Assembly (NCBI GenBank): GCA_944393205.1
Contig: CALXZI010000005.1
Span: 1-60,433, forward strand
Length of the DNA: 60,433 nucleotides
Direction of reading: 5' to 3'
Source of the DNA: an uncultured Alphaproteobacteria bacterium
Lineage (GTDB): Bacteria > Pseudomonadota > Alphaproteobacteria > RF32 > CAG-239
The position numbers were made by a program, and so were the translations under genes. This document shows positions 30,684 to 41,200 of the stretch, one piece after another. The notes below the pieces were generated by a model, which saw only the letters and a list, made by a program, of their open reading frames with translations, was not told the origin of the DNA and made no database searches. The number at the start of each line of letters is the position of its first letter. Position 1 is the stretch's first letter.

Positions 30684-31684
30684 CTCAAATACCACTCCAC
30701 GGTTTTAACGATTCCGGTTTCAAAGGTTTCTTCTGCTTTCCAACCGAGTTCTGTTTCCAATTTTGTTGCATCAATTGCATATCGTTTATCATGTCCGGCT
30801 CTGTCTTTGACAAAAGTAATCAAATCGGCATATTTGCCGTCTGCTCTCGGATGTTTTGCATCTAAAATGGCACAAATAGTATGCACGATTTCCAGATTAT
30901 TTTTTTCATTCCTACCGCCGACATTATAAGTTTCGCCGGCTCTTCCGGCGTGATAAATCAAATCTATCGCCTTGCAGTGATCCAAAACATACAACCAATC
31001 GCGAATATTCTTTCCGTCACCATAAATTGGAATAGGCTTTTCATTCAAACAATTGCTAATAATTTTCGGAATAAGTTTTTCCGGATGTTGCTTCGGACCG
31101 TAATTGTTGGAACAATTTGAGGTTGTCACATTCATTCCAAACGTATGAAAATACGCTCTGACCAGAAAGTCCGAACTTGCTTTACTGGCTGAATATGGAG
31201 AATTTGGCGCATAGGCGGTTGTTTCCGTAAACAATCCGACATCACCGAGTGTGCCGTAAACCTCATCTGTAGAAATATGATGAAATCTGCAAGTTTCATA
31301 CCCTTCTTTATATTGGTTCGGAGCACACATCCAATATTTGCGTGCCGTTTCCAAAAGATTAAACGTACCTAGGATATTGGTCTCAATAAACGGGCGCGGT
31401 CCGGTAATGGAATTATCAACATGACTTTCTGCCGCAAAATGAATAACTCCTCTGATGTCATATTGCACAAAAATTTTTTCAAGCAACGCACCATCGCAAA
31501 CATCTCCTTGAACAAAGGTATAATTATCCATAGCGTTGCACTCTTTTAAGTTATCCAAATTGCCGGCATAAGTTAACTTGTCCAAATTAATAATATGATA
31601 ATTTGGATGTTTTTGGCAGAAATACGGTACGAAATTAGAGCCTATAAAACCGGCGCCGCCTGTTATTAAAACAGCCTTCATCAT
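30680..31684 (-). CDS. rfbB: dTDP-glucose 4,6-dehydratase
   Basis: TGGAGFIGSN, HFAAESHVDNS, STDEVYG, YSASK, GHDKRY. Confidence 0.95.
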   Translation of the reverse strand: MMKAVLITGGAGFIGSNFVPYFCQKHPNYHIINLDKLTYAGNLDNLKECNAMDNYTFVQGDVCDGALLEKIFVQYDIRGVIHFAAESHVDNSITGPRPFIETNILGTFNLLETARKYWMCAPNQYKEGYETCRFHHISTDEVYGTLGDVGLFTETTAYAPNSPYSASKASSDFLVRAYFHTFGMNVTTSNCSNNYGPKQHPEKLIPKIISNCLNEKPIPIYGDGKNIRDWLYVLDHCKAIDLIYHAGRAGETYNVGGRNEKNNLEIVHTICAILDAKHPRADGKYADLITFVKDRAGHDKRYAIDATKLETELGWKAEETFETGIVKTVEWYLR

Positions 31685-32556
31685 GCTTCATAATCCTCAA
31701 AAATACGTTGTAAATAATCTCTGTAATGGCCGGACTTGAGTTCAGAAATGACTTTTTTCATCTGATTTTTATCAATAAACCCGCGGCGATATGCTATTTC
31801 TTCAACACAAGAGATTTTCAACCCTTGGCGCTTTTCTATCAACTGCACATATAATCCAGCATCCATCAAACTATCCGGCGTGCCGGCGTCAAGCCAAGCA
31901 GCCCCACGTTTTAACTCACAAAATTTGACGCGTTTTTCTTGTAAATAAAGATTGTTTAGATCTGTAATTTCCAGCTCACCCCGAGCAGAGGGTTTTAATT
32001 GGCGCGCTTTTTCCACCACATCGTTTTTATAAAAATACAATCCGACCGCAGCATAGTTAGATTTCGGATTTTTCGGCTTTTCTTCTATGGAAAGCACATT
32101 GCGTTCCTTATCAAATTCAACAACACCAAAACGTTCCGGATCCGGAACATGATAACCAAATATTATGGCACCGGTATTTTCTTGTACTTCTTGATTCAGG
32201 CGCGAAAATTGATCACCCATATAAAAAATATTATCGCCTAAAATTAAGCAGACATCATCATTACCGATAAATTGCTCCCCAATCGTGAATGCTTGGGCAA
32301 TCCCCTTGGGTTCGTTTTGGATTTGATATTGCAATGATAAACCTATGCGCCCACCATCTCCCAACAATTTTTGAATATTGGGCGTATCCTGCGGCGTAGA
32401 TATAATCAAAATTTCTCGTATCCCGAACAACATCAAAGTTGATAGCGGATAATAAATCATCGGCTTGTCATACACCGGCAAAAGCTGTTTTGAAATAGCT
32501 GTTGTCAACGGATAAAGACGCGTCCCGCTTCCTCCCGCCAAAATTATACCTTTCAA
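31681..32556 (-). CDS. rfbA: Glucose-1-phosphate thymidylyltransferase
   Basis: GIILAGGSGTRLYP, KQLLPVYDKPM, LKPSARGELEITD; TTG start. Confidence 0.95.
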   Translation of the reverse strand: MKGIILAGGSGTRLYPLTTAISKQLLPVYDKPMIYYPLSTLMLFGIREILIISTPQDTPNIQKLLGDGGRIGLSLQYQIQNEPKGIAQAFTIGEQFIGNDDVCLILGDNIFYMGDQFSRLNQEVQENTGAIIFGYHVPDPERFGVVEFDKERNVLSIEEKPKNPKSNYAAVGLYFYKNDVVEKARQLKPSARGELEITDLNNLYLQEKRVKFCELKRGAAWLDAGTPDSLMDAGLYVQLIEKRQGLKISCVEEIAYRRGFIDKNQMKKVISELKSGHYRDYLQRIFEDYEA

Positions 32557-33152
32557 ACCCTTTCTCCTTGATGTCTTTTTCGGGCTTCTAACCCGTTTCT
32601 CTTAATGAAATTTAAAACTGTAACCCGAGTAACGCCCAAGCGTCTGGCAATTTCCGATTTTGAAATGCCAGAATTAATCATCTGCAGAATTTCAGTTGTA
32701 TTTTTTTCTAATTTTGATTTGACTTTTGCCCCAAATGGCCGGCCAAGCTTTTTACCTTCTTTTTTGCGCTCTTTAAGAACTTTCTTGACTGTTTGCGATA
32801 TCAAATCGCGGCGAACCTCTATCGCTATATCTATCCCTTTGAAAAAATCATCGCTTAAATTTTGCTCATTAAATTCATATCCGTCTTCTATTGAATATAT
32901 TTGTAGCTTATGCTCTCGGCAATAAAGCAAATTCTCCTTAATCTGCCTTAAATTCTCGCCTAATATTCTCATATTGCTAATGATGACACCTTGACATCTT
33001 GGTAAAACAACTTCTTTTATGTCGCCTATCGCTTGTTCGGCATAAATCCCCTCAACCCGTATGCCCTTCTCTCTCGCAAAAGACCGTATCTCCTCATTTC
33101 GCCGATCTCGCTCCGCTTTGCCTTCCTTCTCTCCTATATACCCTATATACAT
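32553..33152 (-). CDS. Resolvase/invertase-family protein (Mpi/Pin-like) with degenerate active site
   Basis: E-helix EVRRDLISQ..KEGKKLGRP and C-terminal HTH SKSEIARRLGVTRVT are retained; YIGEKE replaces the catalytic YxRVS. Confidence 0.7.
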   Translation of the reverse strand: MYIGYIGEKEGKAERDRRNEEIRSFAREKGIRVEGIYAEQAIGDIKEVVLPRCQGVIISNMRILGENLRQIKENLLYCREHKLQIYSIEDGYEFNEQNLSDDFFKGIDIAIEVRRDLISQTVKKVLKERKKEGKKLGRPFGAKVKSKLEKNTTEILQMINSGISKSEIARRLGVTRVTVLNFIKRNGLEARKRHQGERV

Positions 33153-33577
33153 CTCTGAACGCTCTATTCATATATCATCATTTATTTGTTGCATATAATA
33201 AGGTTATCATACAAGGATTTTTTGTATTTTCAAGATAAATTTTATATTTTGCAACGCGTTGTTATATCAGGGTTTCAAGCACATTAATGAAAGAATTGCC
33301 CCAAAGCGCTCATAAGTATTCATAAATGATCTTTTATGAACCCTGCTTACTCAACTTAACTTGCTTTCGTTTTCCCTTAATTTGCATATTTACCGCAAAA
33401 CTTATCTTAAATACAAAAACTGCAATTTATTATTTATTTTCGTTTTTTGTTTTTAGTGGCTTTTTGCCATTTAAAAAAACTTGATTTTATATTATTTTAT
33501 ATCTCAATTTTATCGGAAGGTTTGCATTATGAATAAAATATTTATTGTTATTTATGCGTTTAATCTGACATATAAAC

Positions 33578-33627
33578 TCACCACCATAAAAAACTCTCCG
33601 CTATGGGAGCGTTTTTTATGGTGGTGA
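33578..33627. terminator. Long hairpin/terminator at the left boundary of the integrated element
   Basis: TCACCACCATAAAAAAC ... GTTTTTTATGGTGGTGA 17-bp perfect inverted repeat. Confidence 0.7.
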
Positions 33628-33804
33628 ATAGGATAGATAAAGACGAAATCGGATAACTTTCGCGCCGGTTTGTGAATTATTCTAACCATTGGTATCTCTA
33701 ATTGTCCGGACCATTACCCATATCTGGTCACCACTTTTCCCGTATCGAAACCCTGCTTTCATTACAAAAATAAGAACTGACGACCAGACTAATTTAAGAA
33801 AAAC

Positions 33805-33909
33805 GTGTATATTAAAATCGAATTTATTTAGAATTTTGTGTATAATTTATCAAAATAATTCTTGAATTTTGTGTATTTTTATGTTAAATATAGCTTATAA
33901 AATGTGTAT
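33805..33909 (+). repeat. Four GTGTAT boxes at exact 33-bp spacing upstream of the AAA ATPase
   Basis: GTGTAT at 33805, 33838, 33871, 33904; the middle two extend to GAATTTTGTGTAT. Confidence 0.75.
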
Positions 33910-33930
33910 AATATATTTAAGGAACAGCGA

Positions 33931-35280
33931 ATGTATCGTAAAGCAGAGAAAATATTGCAAGCTTGGAAGGCTAATCCGAAAAAAAAGGCCTTATTGATAA
34001 CCGGTCAACGACAGGCCGGTAAAACTTATATAGTGCGTGAGTTCGGTAAAGCTAATTATAAACACTATGTAGAAATTAACTTCATTACAACACCTTCTGC
34101 CAAAGATATCTTCTCCGGTGATCTGAACGCTGATACTTTAATCATGAATTTAACAGCATTCATCGGAAAGTCGTTGGAAAAAGGGAAAACCTTGATATTC
34201 CTTGATGAAATACAAGAATGCCCTAATGCAAGGACAGCCATTAAGTTTTTGGTTGATGATGGTCGATTTGATTACATAGAATCAGGCTCATTATTAGGCG
34301 TTCAATATAAGCAAGTTCCATCTTATCCTGTGGGGTATGAAGAAATATACCAGATGTATCCGATGGATTTTGAAGAATTTTGTATTGCCAATGGAGTTCA
34401 ACCATCAACGCTTGATTATTTGCATGAATGTTATGAAAAACAGACGCCGATAACTGATTCCATTCATCAAACAATGTCTAATCTATTTAAGTATTACATT
34501 GTTGTCGGCGGTATGCCTGATGTGGTCAAAAGATTTATAAACACACATGATATAGGACAAGTCGTAAATGTTCAACGAGATATTATTGCCCAATATCGAC
34601 AGGATATAAGCAAATATTCTACCACCGGCAAAAATATGATTAACAATATATTTGATAATATACCATCACAGCTGGATGATAAAAATCGCCGATTTATGCT
34701 CTCATCAGTTCAAAAGAACGCCAGACTTCGTGATTATGAGGATTCTTTTGTTTGGCTTTCAGATGCCGGAGTTGCTCTGCCTTGTTATAATCTGACAGAG
34801 CCAAAGATCCCGCTTAAAATTAACGAACAAAGCCGTTTGTTCAAGCTTTATATGAGTGATGTTGGCTTACTATGCGCAATGAGCCTGGAAAATATACAAT
34901 TTGAGATACTACAGGGTAATTTATCTATAAATATGGGTGGAATATTAGAAAATGCCTTTGCCGAACTTTTAAAAGCCAATGGCTTCGCATTGCGGTATCT
35001 TAATAAAAAGAATATAGGAGAGCTGGATTTTGTGGTTCAGCAAAATGATGAAGTCATGCCGATTGAAATTAAATCAGGTAAAGATTATAAAACACATGCC
35101 GCACTTAATAATGCCTTAAAAGTTAAGGAATGGAACCTCAAAAAAGGTATTGTATTTTGTATGGACAATATCCAAAAAACCGAGAGAATAACCTATCTTC
35201 CTTGGTATTTAGTGATGTTTCTGAAACAAAATAATCATGATGAATCAATGATTGTAAATGTGGATTTAAGTGGATTATGA
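33931..35280 (+). CDS. AAA_14 ATPase with DUF4143 C-terminal domain
   Basis: GQRQAGKT, IFLDEIQ, YPMDFEEF, KLYMSDVGL, ELDFV..PIEIKSG. Confidence 0.88.
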   Translation: MYRKAEKILQAWKANPKKKALLITGQRQAGKTYIVREFGKANYKHYVEINFITTPSAKDIFSGDLNADTLIMNLTAFIGKSLEKGKTLIFLDEIQECPNARTAIKFLVDDGRFDYIESGSLLGVQYKQVPSYPVGYEEIYQMYPMDFEEFCIANGVQPSTLDYLHECYEKQTPITDSIHQTMSNLFKYYIVVGGMPDVVKRFINTHDIGQVVNVQRDIIAQYRQDISKYSTTGKNMINNIFDNIPSQLDDKNRRFMLSSVQKNARLRDYEDSFVWLSDAGVALPCYNLTEPKIPLKINEQSRLFKLYMSDVGLLCAMSLENIQFEILQGNLSINMGGILENAFAELLKANGFALRYLNKKNIGELDFVVQQNDEVMPIEIKSGKDYKTHAALNNALKVKEWNLKKGIVFCMDNIQKTERITYLPWYLVMFLKQNNHDESMIVNVDLSGL

Positions 35281-35359
35281 TAAATTCAACATTATATCAT
35301 ATTTCACTGGACTTCCGCTGAAATCCAAGCATTCATTGTATCAAACGAAAGGAAATACA

Positions 35360-35668
35360 ATGAAAACAGTTAAGATTTACATGGTCCGGAAGCCCTCAGA
35401 TATTGACGAAGTGATGGAATTATGCCGGCGCTATAACGCACAGGCCGAAGAAGTGACGGTAGCAGAAACGGTCAACCTGCCTCCGGTCTGGTATGATGCA
35501 GTGTGCCGAGCGCCACTTGACGATTACATCTTTTTATCAGGCAAAGGCGGTTATGATGACGAAAACCACCGCCAAGTGGTTGCCTTACAATGCCCCGGCA
35601 AGCCGACACTTTACGTCGACCCGTCCGGTTCTTCCTACTGCCGTTACATGGGGGTTGAAGTGGACTAA
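35360..35668 (+). CDS. Small phage/island protein (DUF6329-like)
   Basis: LYVDPSGSSYCRYMG C-terminus; GAAAGGA RBS; preceded by conserved upstream motif. Confidence 0.65.
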   Translation: MKTVKIYMVRKPSDIDEVMELCRRYNAQAEEVTVAETVNLPPVWYDAVCRAPLDDYIFLSGKGGYDDENHRQVVALQCPGKPTLYVDPSGSSYCRYMGVEVD

Positions 35669-36651
35669 TTTGATAGATAGGCTTCTTCTAAAACTTTTAA
35701 GACCTCACCAACATAATTTGCGTTGTCAACTTTAATCCAACAACAATCTGCACCATAAAAATTCTTCACTGGAGGTGTACACTCCTTTACTTGATAATGC
35801 TTCACTTTGGAGAGTACTTGTTGATAAGGTAGCTTTAGAACAATCTTTAAACTGTTCTTTTTGGGCTTTAAGTAAGCAAAATTTCTTTTCCTTTTCAGCG
35901 CAATATAATATTTTTGTACATTAAACACTATCTCTGGATAATTTTTCAATTTTTCTTCCAGAGAGTTATATATATCCTTTATGAAGTTATTACTATTTTG
36001 AAGGTGATATTCTACTGTGTATTCAGAATTTGATGCATCAATACTTGTTTCAAAATTAGATTCAGAAGTATCCAAAATAGCAAAATCTGGTTCAGACGTG
36101 AAAATTGATCTATCTTTACCAGAAAATTCCTTTATTACTAAAATTTTTACATTTTCCCACTCTGAATAGAGAGAACTAATCTCTCTCAGCGACGGATTAT
36201 TATCATCAATAATAAGTAAAATTTTTGAAGAATTATTGATGATATCAGAAATGGTACGGTGAATTTCTTTACCTTTATTACGTTCTTGGAATTCTTTTTT
36301 TAGTTTTTCATCAGAATTAATAATATGATCTATATTATCTATAAGCTCTTTTTTGCTCTTTTCAGTCAAGGCATTAAAAAATTTTGTAATCTGAGGAAGG
36401 ATATGATCATAAGCATCGTGTTTTGCTAACTCTACTTCAACTAAATAAAAATCTTCTAACTCAAAGTCAAAAAGGTATCCATCAGGAATCGTTCCTTTAT
36501 GGGTGTTTGTTTTAATCTTTTGTTTTGAATTTATGTAAAGTGTATTATTACCAAAAAGCATTCTGTAATTTTGATAAATAGTTTGTTCAAAATTACTTTC
36601 ATTTGTATATTTCTTTTCAAAATACTGCTTGCCGTCCAAAAATAAGCTCAT
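35665..36651 (-). CDS. Putative PD-(D/E)XK nuclease with C-terminal DUF5655-like domain
   Basis: IPDG..FYLVEVEL..H motif; C-term KYYIALKRKRNFA. Confidence 0.65.
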   Translation of the reverse strand: MSLFLDGKQYFEKKYTNESNFEQTIYQNYRMLFGNNTLYINSKQKIKTNTHKGTIPDGYLFDFELEDFYLVEVELAKHDAYDHILPQITKFFNALTEKSKKELIDNIDHIINSDEKLKKEFQERNKGKEIHRTISDIINNSSKILLIIDDNNPSLREISSLYSEWENVKILVIKEFSGKDRSIFTSEPDFAILDTSESNFETSIDASNSEYTVEYHLQNSNNFIKDIYNSLEEKLKNYPEIVFNVQKYYIALKRKRNFAYLKPKKNSLKIVLKLPYQQVLSKVKHYQVKECTPPVKNFYGADCCWIKVDNANYVGEVLKVLEEAYLSN

Positions 36652-36770
36652 TTTAGTTCTCCTATTTAAGACGAGGCTATCCTAAAAAATATAAAAGTGC
36701 AATACTAAATATTTCTTTGGACTTTTGTTCATTTTCAAGCATCTATTGGATTGCAACGAAAGGATATACA

Positions 36771-37028
36771 ATGAAAATGCGCAAATACGAGGATATTAAG
36801 CCAAGCAACCGGACAAACTTTGTGATGGTTTATTATCACGCCGGCCGTACCCTAACTCAAATTGAAACCTTGCTAAAAAAGGCCTACGGTAATCCGCTAC
36901 CGACAAGACCACGCGACCGCCTCAACCGTTTACAATTCAAACTCGAACAAATGACCGCCCGATATAAACAAAGCCAAAATGAACTGAAGGCGGAATATCA
37001 AGCAAAAAAATTAAACTCTATTAAATAA
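36771..37028 (+). CDS. Small hypothetical protein
   Basis: GAAAGGA RBS and the same upstream motif as 35360 and 51053. Confidence 0.6.
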   Translation: MKMRKYEDIKPSNRTNFVMVYYHAGRTLTQIETLLKKAYGNPLPTRPRDRLNRLQFKLEQMTARYKQSQNELKAEYQAKKLNSIK

Positions 37029-37769
37029 ACACCCTTCAATTGATATTTGCTCGCCATGTCGATTAAGAACTAATATTACCGATATAAGTGCTGTATATAT
37101 ACTAGTTAAAGCCACTTCCTTGTGATTAATCTTATGTTCCTCTAGTAATTTACCTTGTACCTGGAAAGTTTCTCCTACAATAAACGGTGATAAATGCTTA
37201 AATGAACATAAAGTCTGGTAGTTTTCATAAAGTAAATCAATATTTAAATCTTCCTCTACAAAAACAATGCCTTGAGAATGAAATATTTCCTTAAAATAAG
37301 GAAAAGCAATCTTGCTTAAGTCTTTTATACTGTTAGCAAATGATCTATACCAGTTTTTATGATAGCTATCAATATCTGATGTGTTTTTACCTTTACCGGT
37401 ATAAAATCTTTCACAGTTATAGCGGTGCATTCTTAAAAGTGTTTTCTCCTGCCATTGCGGATTTATTGATAAACTTCTTAATTGTTCTACAAAAGCAAAT
37501 TCATAGTAATCCCTGCCTTTTGTATCAAACATTTTATCAATACATAACAATTGTATTTGCGCTTCAATCGCCTGACATGTTAATGAGCAGGCTGTAAATA
37601 TTCTATTATTTTCCAATAACGTAAAAGCATCTCGGCAAAGCGCAAAAATCGCTCCAGATAAAACTCTAAGAGATAAAATGGCTGTACTATTAGTCCTTTT
37701 AAATTCTTTGGTCTCTATATTTATGAGCGCTTGTTTAATAAATGGAATTAATTCTATTTCAGAGTTCAT
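37011..37769 (-). CDS. Hypothetical protein (DUF5677/HEPN-like)
   Basis: AT-rich 252-aa ORF; Y..LCSFKH motif; overlaps the upstream phosphatase gene. Confidence 0.55.
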   Translation of the reverse strand: MNSEIELIPFIKQALINIETKEFKRTNSTAILSLRVLSGAIFALCRDAFTLLENNRIFTACSLTCQAIEAQIQLLCIDKMFDTKGRDYYEFAFVEQLRSLSINPQWQEKTLLRMHRYNCERFYTGKGKNTSDIDSYHKNWYRSFANSIKDLSKIAFPYFKEIFHSQGIVFVEEDLNIDLLYENYQTLCSFKHLSPFIVGETFQVQGKLLEEHKINHKEVALTSIYTALISVILVLNRHGEQISIEGCLFNRV

Positions 37770-38238
37770 TTATTGAATTCTCCTCCAATAAATGCTCTAA
37801 AAACGCCTGACATCCCTCAACAATATCCCAATAGCTCTCGTCAAAATTGCCGGTATACCAAGGGTCACGGATATCGCGCGGGTTATTCGTATAATCAAGC
37901 AAGCGGTGGATTTTGTGCTCTGTATCCATGCCAACGAGAGATTGAATATCCTCAATGTTGCTGTCGTCCATCGCCAAAATATAGTCATAATATGCATAAT
38001 CGCGCGGACGAATGCGACGCGAATAATGCTCCTCAAACGGCACATGCATGGATTTCAACATCTCGCACGTGCCATGATGAATGCCGGCGTGACACATTTC
38101 GTTGTAACTTTCAGTTGCGGCGGAATCAATTTCAAACTTATCAGCCAAACTGCGTTTCTCAACCATTTGCTTAAACACAAACTGCGCCATCGGCGACCGA
38201 CAAATATTCCCCAAACATACAAACAGAATTTTAATCAT
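37759..38238 (-). CDS. Low-molecular-weight protein-tyrosine phosphatase
   Basis: VCLGNICRS P-loop, DPWY. Confidence 0.92.
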   Translation of the reverse strand: MIKILFVCLGNICRSPMAQFVFKQMVEKRSLADKFEIDSAATESYNEMCHAGIHHGTCEMLKSMHVPFEEHYSRRIRPRDYAYYDYILAMDDSNIEDIQSLVGMDTEHKIHRLLDYTNNPRDIRDPWYTGNFDESYWDIVEGCQAFLEHLLEENSINEL

Positions 38239-41200
38239 TATACATCCATAACATTATCAGTCCAGAGCTCGCATTGTGTCATAACGGTTTGAACTGCATC
38301 TTCCATTCCTTCCGGTGGATACTTATGTTTTTTGAGCAATTTTTTAATCATTATTCGCATTTTTGCTCGTGCTGTTTCGCGTTTTTGCCAATCTATTGTT
38401 TTATTTTTGCGTAAAGTTTCTGTTAGTTCTTTTGTAATGGCAATTAATTCGTCATTTTCATAAAAATCCTTAACCGCTTGCGGACGTGTCAAAGCATCAT
38501 AAAATGCGGCTTCTTCAGCATTAAGACCTAAATCTTCACCTTCTTTTTGTGCCGCGGCGATTTGTTTTGCCAAATTAAGCAATTCTTCAATAACCTGTTC
38601 GTTGGTCAACATAACGTTCAAATAACGGTTCATTGCCTCTTGTATCATTTCGCTGAATTTTTCTGAACGCACAACATTTGTATGGCGATAAATAGAAATC
38701 TGCTCTGCTATCAACTTTTTGAGCAATTCCACTGCTAAATTTTTCTCTTTCATCTTGGATATTTCTTCCAAAAATTTCGGATCAAACAGTGAGAATTCTT
38801 CTTTTATATCCGAAAACAGATTGATAACACCATCGCTCTTTATGCTTTGTTCCAGCAGTTCATTGATACGCTTATTCATTTCCGGCAATGATATTTTTTT
38901 ATGTCCGCCACTTTCGGTAAAGCGCAAAATCATAATCCTGACAGCTTCAATAAATGCCGCCTCAATACGCAAGCCTTCTTCAACAATGGATGAGCAAAGC
39001 GACAAAGCCTGATGTAACATGAGAGCTTGCTTAATGAAGGCATCTTTTTCTTTATTTTTCTCTCTATCAATAATAAAGTTTGCCGCGCCGCTGATTAACT
39101 TAGCTCTGACTAAATTCGTTCCGGTCGCAAATTCGCTATAATCAAAACCATGCAACAAATCGCGGCAGACCTGCAATTTTTCCTTAAATTTGTTATATGC
39201 TGTGGTGGCAATATCCATGTTGCCGTAGTTCTTTCTATCGCGGATGGTATAATCATTCATAGCCTTTTTCAAAGCACTGGCAATACCGATATAATCAACC
39301 ACTAAGCCGCCTTCTTTATCTTCAAACACACGATTAACACGAGCAATCGCCTGCATCAGATTATGACCTTCCATTGGCTTATAAACATACATTGTAGAAA
39401 GTGACGGGACATCAAAGCCGGTCAACCACATATCAACGACAATTGCAATTTTCAAAGGATCCGAATTATCCTTAAATTTGCGAGCCAATTCCTCTTTATG
39501 TGATTTATTGCCGATTATTGCACGCCAATCTTCCGGATCTTTATTATCCGAGGTCATAACCACCGCAACTTTATCTTTCCACGCCGGACGAAGTTCCAAA
39601 ATCCGATGATAAATTTTTAGAGCAATCGGGCGGGAATAAGCCACAATCATGGCTTTACCGGTCAATAAATTTTCGCGATAGTTCTCGTAGTGGTCCAAAA
39701 TATCGCAGACAAGCGAATTGATTGTGTCGTCATCGCTTAATATTGTTTCCATTTGTCCGAGCTGTTTTTTACTCTTTTCAATAACTTCCGGATCGGCATT
39801 TTGCGCCATTAAATCGTATTCAGCATCAATCAGTTGCAAAATTTCAGGCTTTAAGTGAAGTTTTATCACGCGGCTTTCATAATAAACCGGACGTGTTGCA
39901 CCATCTTCCACCGCTTGTGTCATATCATAAATATCGATATAATCGCCAAATACCTCTCGAGTGTTGCGGTCATCAAGAGAAAGCGGTGTTCCGGTAAAAC
40001 CAATATATGTTGCATTCGGCAGAGAATTACGAATAATTCGCGCTGTACCGACTTTAATATTACCGTCTTTATCTATCTTTTCGCTCAAGCCATACTGCCC
40101 GCGGTGTGCCTCATCTGCCATAACGATAATATTGCGGCGTTCTGACAACGGCTCCGCTGATTCTTCAAACTTTTGCATTGTGGTAAAGAAAATACCGTTG
40201 GCTTTGATGCCGTCTAAAAGCTGTTTCAAATGGGCGCGACTGGTAGCCTGCACCGGTTCTTGGCGCAGAAAATCCTTACACTTAGAAAACTGCGTATAAA
40301 GTTGGTCATCCAAATCGTTACGGTCAGTAATGACAACTATTGTCGGGCTGTTTAAGGCACTTTGCAACAGATGTGCGTAAAACACCATAGAAAGCGACTT
40401 TCCGCTACCTTGCGTATGCCAGAACACGCCACCTTTACCGTCAGTTTGTGTCGCGTGTTTGGTTGATTCAATCGCTTTTTTAACTGCGAAATATTGGTGG
40501 TAACCGGCTAAAATCTTTGCCGCACCTTTGTTTTCATTAGAAAAGCAAATAAAGTTTTTCAAAATATCCAACAGGCGCGATTTTTCAAAAATTCCGTTAA
40601 AAAACGTGTCAAACTGCGCATATTTGGTGTTCTCGTAAGAACCGTCAACCGTCTTCCACTCCATAAAGCGTGTTTCATCAGATGTTATCGTTCCAGCTTT
40701 AGATACCGCCAAATCACTCATCACGCAGATTGCATTATAAATAAACATAGACGGAATTTCGTGCTTATAGTTCTGAATTTGCCGGTACGCTTCCGAAGCA
40801 TCAGTTTCTTCACGTGACGGAGATTTTAATTCCATCAGCACCAAAGGCAAGCCGTTGATAAACAGCAGAACATCCGGACGTTTTTCGCTGTTTTCGACAA
40901 ATGTCCATTGGTTAGCAACAATAAATGAGTTGTTGTCTGGCTTTTCATAATCAATCAAATAAACCAGTGTATCGCGAGGTTCGCCTTTTTCGGTATAGTG
41001 GACAGTGATGCCGTTTTGCAAATAATCCATAAACAACGCGTTTTTCTGCGTCAATTCGGCATTTTCAAAGTTTTTGAGCTTAAACAGAGCCTCGTTAATC
41101 GCTTCCTCCGGCAATTTCGGATTGATTTGGTGGAGCGCATTTGTCAGCACCAGCTCATAAAGCGGCGAAGTAAAATCTCTATCTTCCACATCCGGCCCAT

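Noticed and set aside
33153..33570. Invertible promoter upstream of the invertase-like gene
   Set aside because: No convincing flanking inverted repeats found by eye, and the enzyme lacks its catalytic motif
33781..33789. CGACCAGAC (also at 57642 and inside the tRNA at 57823) as the att core
   Set aside because: Only 9 bp and without the rest of the tRNA 3' half; may be a recombinase-binding motif but cannot define the boundary
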